Part shown: positions 14,256 through 17,098 of the stretch, piece by piece | Layout: every line of letters begins with the position of its first letter | How positions within the stretch are numbered: the stretch's first letter is position 1 | Assembly: GCA_964534375.1 (NCBI GenBank) | Contig: CAZHPN010000136.1 | Coordinates: forward strand, 1 to 17,098 | Reading direction: 5' to 3' | Source of the DNA: an uncultured bacterium | Lineage (GTDB): Bacteria > Lernaellota > Lernaellaia > Lernaellales > Lernaellaceae | DNA: 17,098 bases | Program-made: the position numbers and the translations under genes | Notes under the pieces: generated by a model | What the model was told of the DNA's origin: nothing | Seen by the model: the letters and a program-made list of their open reading frames with translations, nothing else | Databases searched by the model: none

Positions 14256-17098
14256 ATGTCGAGTCTAACTCCGCCGACGCCAAAGAAATTCCTCACCAAC
14301 CAAGGCGACAACACTCTGAGCAAGCGGCTGGAAAAAATTCTGCCGCTGACGCATGACTTCGATTGCCTCGTAGGCTACTTTTTCATCAGCGGCTTTTTCA
14401 GGCTCTATCCCGCTCTCGAACCGGTCAGCAAAATACGAATCCTGATTGGCCTCAAGAATGAGCAGGTCGTTTATGGTCTGCTTCGGACGGCCGACAACGG
14501 CGACGAGGAAGGCGTACCGGCCACAGCGGAGGTCGTCAAAACTTTAGGCGGCATGATGCGGAGCGAACTCGTCCAGGCGTCGGATTCAGCCGACATCGAA
14601 ACGGGTGTCCGAAAATTCATCGAGTGGATTCGCTCAGGCAAGCTGGAAGTGAAGCTCTATCGGGCGCAAAACATCCATGCCAAGGTTTACATAATGACCC
14701 CGGAAAATCCAGACTCAGACTTGAATACAGGATGGGTCATCACGGGGTCGAGCAACCTCTCTCACAGCGGACTTGAAGGAAATCTGGAATTCAATGTCTT
14801 GTTAAGAGAACCAGAGGAACACGATTACGCGCTGTATCGGTTCAACGAACTTTGGGCGGACGCCGTGGACGTGAAAGACGTTCACGAGACGATCATCAAG
14901 ACCGTGGAAACGGATTCGCCGTTCGCCTTCTTCACCCCCTACGAACTCTATCTGAAATTTCTCGCGGACTATTTCCGAGACTACCTGGGCGACCGCTCGA
15001 AGTTGAACGCCGAGAACCTGCCGCAGAATTTCAAGAAGCTGCAATACCAGGAAGACGCCGTTTTCACGGCGCAGCAGATGCTCAAGTCCTATGGCGGCGT
15101 TTTCCTGGCCGATGTCGTCGGCTTGGGCAAAACCTACATGTCGGCGCTTTTGGCGCTGCAACTCGACGGCCGATGCCTCGTCATCGCACCGCCAAGCCTC
15201 CTTGATGAGAACAGCCCCGGCTCATGGCCTCGCGTGTTTCGTGATTACTGCGTCCCCGGCCACAAGTGCGTCTCCATCGGCAAACTCGAAGAGGTCTTGG
15301 AGCAAGGCGTCGAGTTCTACAAGTACGTATTTATCGACGAGTCGCAACGGTTCAAGAGCGATTCGACACAGCGTTACGAGCTTCTCGCGCGCATCTGCCA
15401 GAACAAGGGCGTCATCCTGGTTTCGGCGACTCCTTACAACAACACCATTGACGACATCTACAGTCAGTTGAAGTTGTTTCAGCCCCCTCGCATGAGCACG
15501 ATCCCGGGCCTCCGCAATCTGGAAGCATTTTTCGAGACGCTGCGAAACCGCATCAAGCCATTTCATCGGGTCGATGACGCCGAGAACTATGTCGCGGCCG
15601 TTGAGCAGAACGCCAAGGAGTTGCGCGAACGGGTGCTCAAATACGTTATGGTGCGCCGCACGCGCCGCGAAATTGAGGAATTCTACGGCGACGACCTGAA
15701 AAGACAGAAGATTTGGTTTCCAAAGGTCGCCGATCCTGTCCCGCTGCTCTATCAACTCAATCGCACGGAGAGCGAGGTTTTCTCCGACACGTTGAAAAGC
15801 ATTACGAGTTCCGACTTCCACTATGCGCGTTACCAGCCGCTGAATTATTACACTGGGCCGGTCCAAGAGCAGGCTTTGCAGGGCCAGCGCAACCTCGCCA
15901 CGTTCATGAAAATATTGCTCGTCAAACGACTCGAAAGCAGCTTTCACGCATTCAGGGAAACCATCGGCCGGTTCATTAAATCCCACGAACTTGTCTTGAA
16001 GGCGTTCGATAACGAACACTCCGTTTATACGAGCCGGAAGCATAGCAACAAGGTGCTGGAATTTTTGGAGAAGGGCGACGATGCTGCCATCGACGCTCTC
16101 ATCGAACAAGAAAAGGTAGTAAAATTCCCCGCTAGTGCTTTCACTGCGGCTTTTCGTCGAGACGTTGCGTCAGACTTGAAGACCTTGCGTGAAATTCAGA
16201 GATCATGGTCGGGCGTGAAACGAGACCCGAAATGGATCGAGTTCAGGCGGGTTCTCACTTCGGAGCCAAGGTTGAAGAAAGGGAAGCTCGTCATCTTTTC
16301 TGAATTTGCGGAGACGGCTGAGTATTTGGCCAAAAAAATTTCGACAGAGGTCGAGCGGAAGACGATCTGTTTTAGTGGGGCTTCCAGTCCTGAACTTCGC
16401 CGCGAGGTCATTGCCAACTTTGACGCGAATTTCGTGAATGCCAGAGACGATTACCGAATTCTCGTAACCACCGATGTCCTGGCCGAAGGCATGAACCTGC
16501 ACCGTTCGGCCACGGTCATCAACATCGACATACCTTGGAATCCGACCCGCATGATGCAGCGGGTCGGGCGCGTAAACCGCGTCGGCACGAAGTTCACGAC
16601 CATTTACAGTTACAACTTTTTCCCCACCGATGAAGGCGACGACGAGATCGCCTTGACGGAAGCCGCGAAGTCGAAAATCCGCGCCTTCATTACGCTGCTC
16701 GGCAACGATGCCCGCCTGCTGACACGCGACGAAGAAATTACCGCGCACAACCTATTCGACCGCATCAATTCCAAGAAAGCGGTCGAGGGCGATGCACCCG
16801 AACCCAAGAGCGAGTTGAAGTATCTGCGCCACATTCTCGACGTGAAGGAAAAACAGCCGGAGCTTTTTCAGCGCATCGTCAACTTGCCGCGGAAAGCGCG
16901 CTCAACCCGCGCCCACGCGCCGGAGCCAACACCGGCAGATCGCCCGGATGCCATTCCGGCGCCAAGCCGCCCGGCTCTCATCACTTATTTTCGCCAAGGT
17001 CGGCTCGACAAATTTTTCCGTTCCCATGACGGCAATGACTACGCCGACGAACTCGACTTCTTCACGACGGCCGAAACTCTCGAAACCACGGTCAAGGA
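14256..17098 (+). CDS. PLD-like nuclease domain fused to an SNF2-like superfamily-2 helicase, 3'-truncated by the window edge
   Basis: Absent from the ORF track because there is no stop in the window; translated by hand. GGGGAGG RBS, MSSLTPPTPKKFLTN..., VGYF, IHAKVY (CAT at 14676), TGSSNLS (GGG at 14745), NLEFNV, LADVVGLGKT, IDESQ, SATPYNN, VIFSEFAETAEYL, TDVLAEGMNL, PWNPTRMMQRVGRVNR. All motifs and the window end are in one frame. Confidence 0.92.
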   Translation, partial: MSSLTPPTPKKFLTNQGDNTLSKRLEKILPLTHDFDCLVGYFFISGFFRLYPALEPVSKIRILIGLKNEQVVYGLLRTADNGDEEGVPATAEVVKTLGGMMRSELVQASDSADIETGVRKFIEWIRSGKLEVKLYRAQNIHAKVYIMTPENPDSDLNTGWVITGSSNLSHSGLEGNLEFNVLLREPEEHDYALYRFNELWADAVDVKDVHETIIKTVETDSPFAFFTPYELYLKFLADYFRDYLGDRSKLNAENLPQNFKKLQYQEDAVFTAQQMLKSYGGVFLADVVGLGKTYMSALLALQLDGRCLVIAPPSLLDENSPGSWPRVFRDYCVPGHKCVSIGKLEEVLEQGVEFYKYVFIDESQRFKSDSTQRYELLARICQNKGVILVSATPYNNTIDDIYSQLKLFQPPRMSTIPGLRNLEAFFETLRNRIKPFHRVDDAENYVAAVEQNAKELRERVLKYVMVRRTRREIEEFYGDDLKRQKIWFPKVADPVPLLYQLNRTESEVFSDTLKSITSSDFHYARYQPLNYYTGPVQEQALQGQRNLATFMKILLVKRLESSFHAFRETIGRFIKSHELVLKAFDNEHSVYTSRKHSNKVLEFLEKGDDAAIDALIEQEKVVKFPASAFTAAFRRDVASDLKTLREIQRSWSGVKRDPKWIEFRRVLTSEPRLKKGKLVIFSEFAETAEYLAKKISTEVERKTICFSGASSPELRREVIANFDANFVNARDDYRILVTTDVLAEGMNLHRSATVINIDIPWNPTRMMQRVGRVNRVGTKFTTIYSYNFFPTDEGDDEIALTEAAKSKIRAFITLLGNDARLLTRDEEITAHNLFDRINSKKAVEGDAPEPKSELKYLRHILDVKEKQPELFQRIVNLPRKARSTRAHAPEPTPADRPDAIPAPSRPALITYFRQGRLDKFFRSHDGNDYADELDFFTTAETLETTVK

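Noticed and set aside
14256..17098. Assignment to a named defence system (DISARM, BREX, Zorya)
   Set aside because: Partner genes are outside the window, and the domain architecture alone is not diagnostic.

Overview
High-GC bacterial chromosomal window. The gene content (sigma-54 activator, HesB-like selenoprotein, standalone RfaE2) suggests a deltaproteobacterial-type organism; this is inference. Left part: a 5'-truncated FGGY sugar kinase and a TetR regulator, then minus-strand genes for a Cys-motif (TIGR04076-like) protein, an SRPBCC protein and an aldo/keto-reductase-fold protein lacking the usual catalytic residues, then a large GT-C-like membrane protein. Centre (most interesting): an orphan gene encoding a signal peptide, one TM helix and a FliF-like C-terminal tail fused in frame to a full-length FliG. 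This FliG keeps the FliM-binding EHPQ motif but has lost most torque-helix charges. It has a clear sigma-54 promoter and a palindromic GTC-N8-GAC (FleQ-type) box. Two genes upstream lies a FleQ/FlrA-like sigma-54 activator with a degenerate receiver domain and two similar boxes in front of it. Divergent from the activator is an IscA/HesB-like gene with an in-frame UGA and a SECIS-like hairpin (probable selenoprotein, missed by the ORF track). Right part: rfaE2, an outer-membrane beta-barrel, tRNA-Arg(ACG), then the apparent start of a tRNA-anchored accessory island with a probably leaderless HTH_17 gene and a PLD-nuclease/SNF2-like helicase running off the window. Most intergenic spaces carry short 7- or 9-bp-periodic imperfect repeats.
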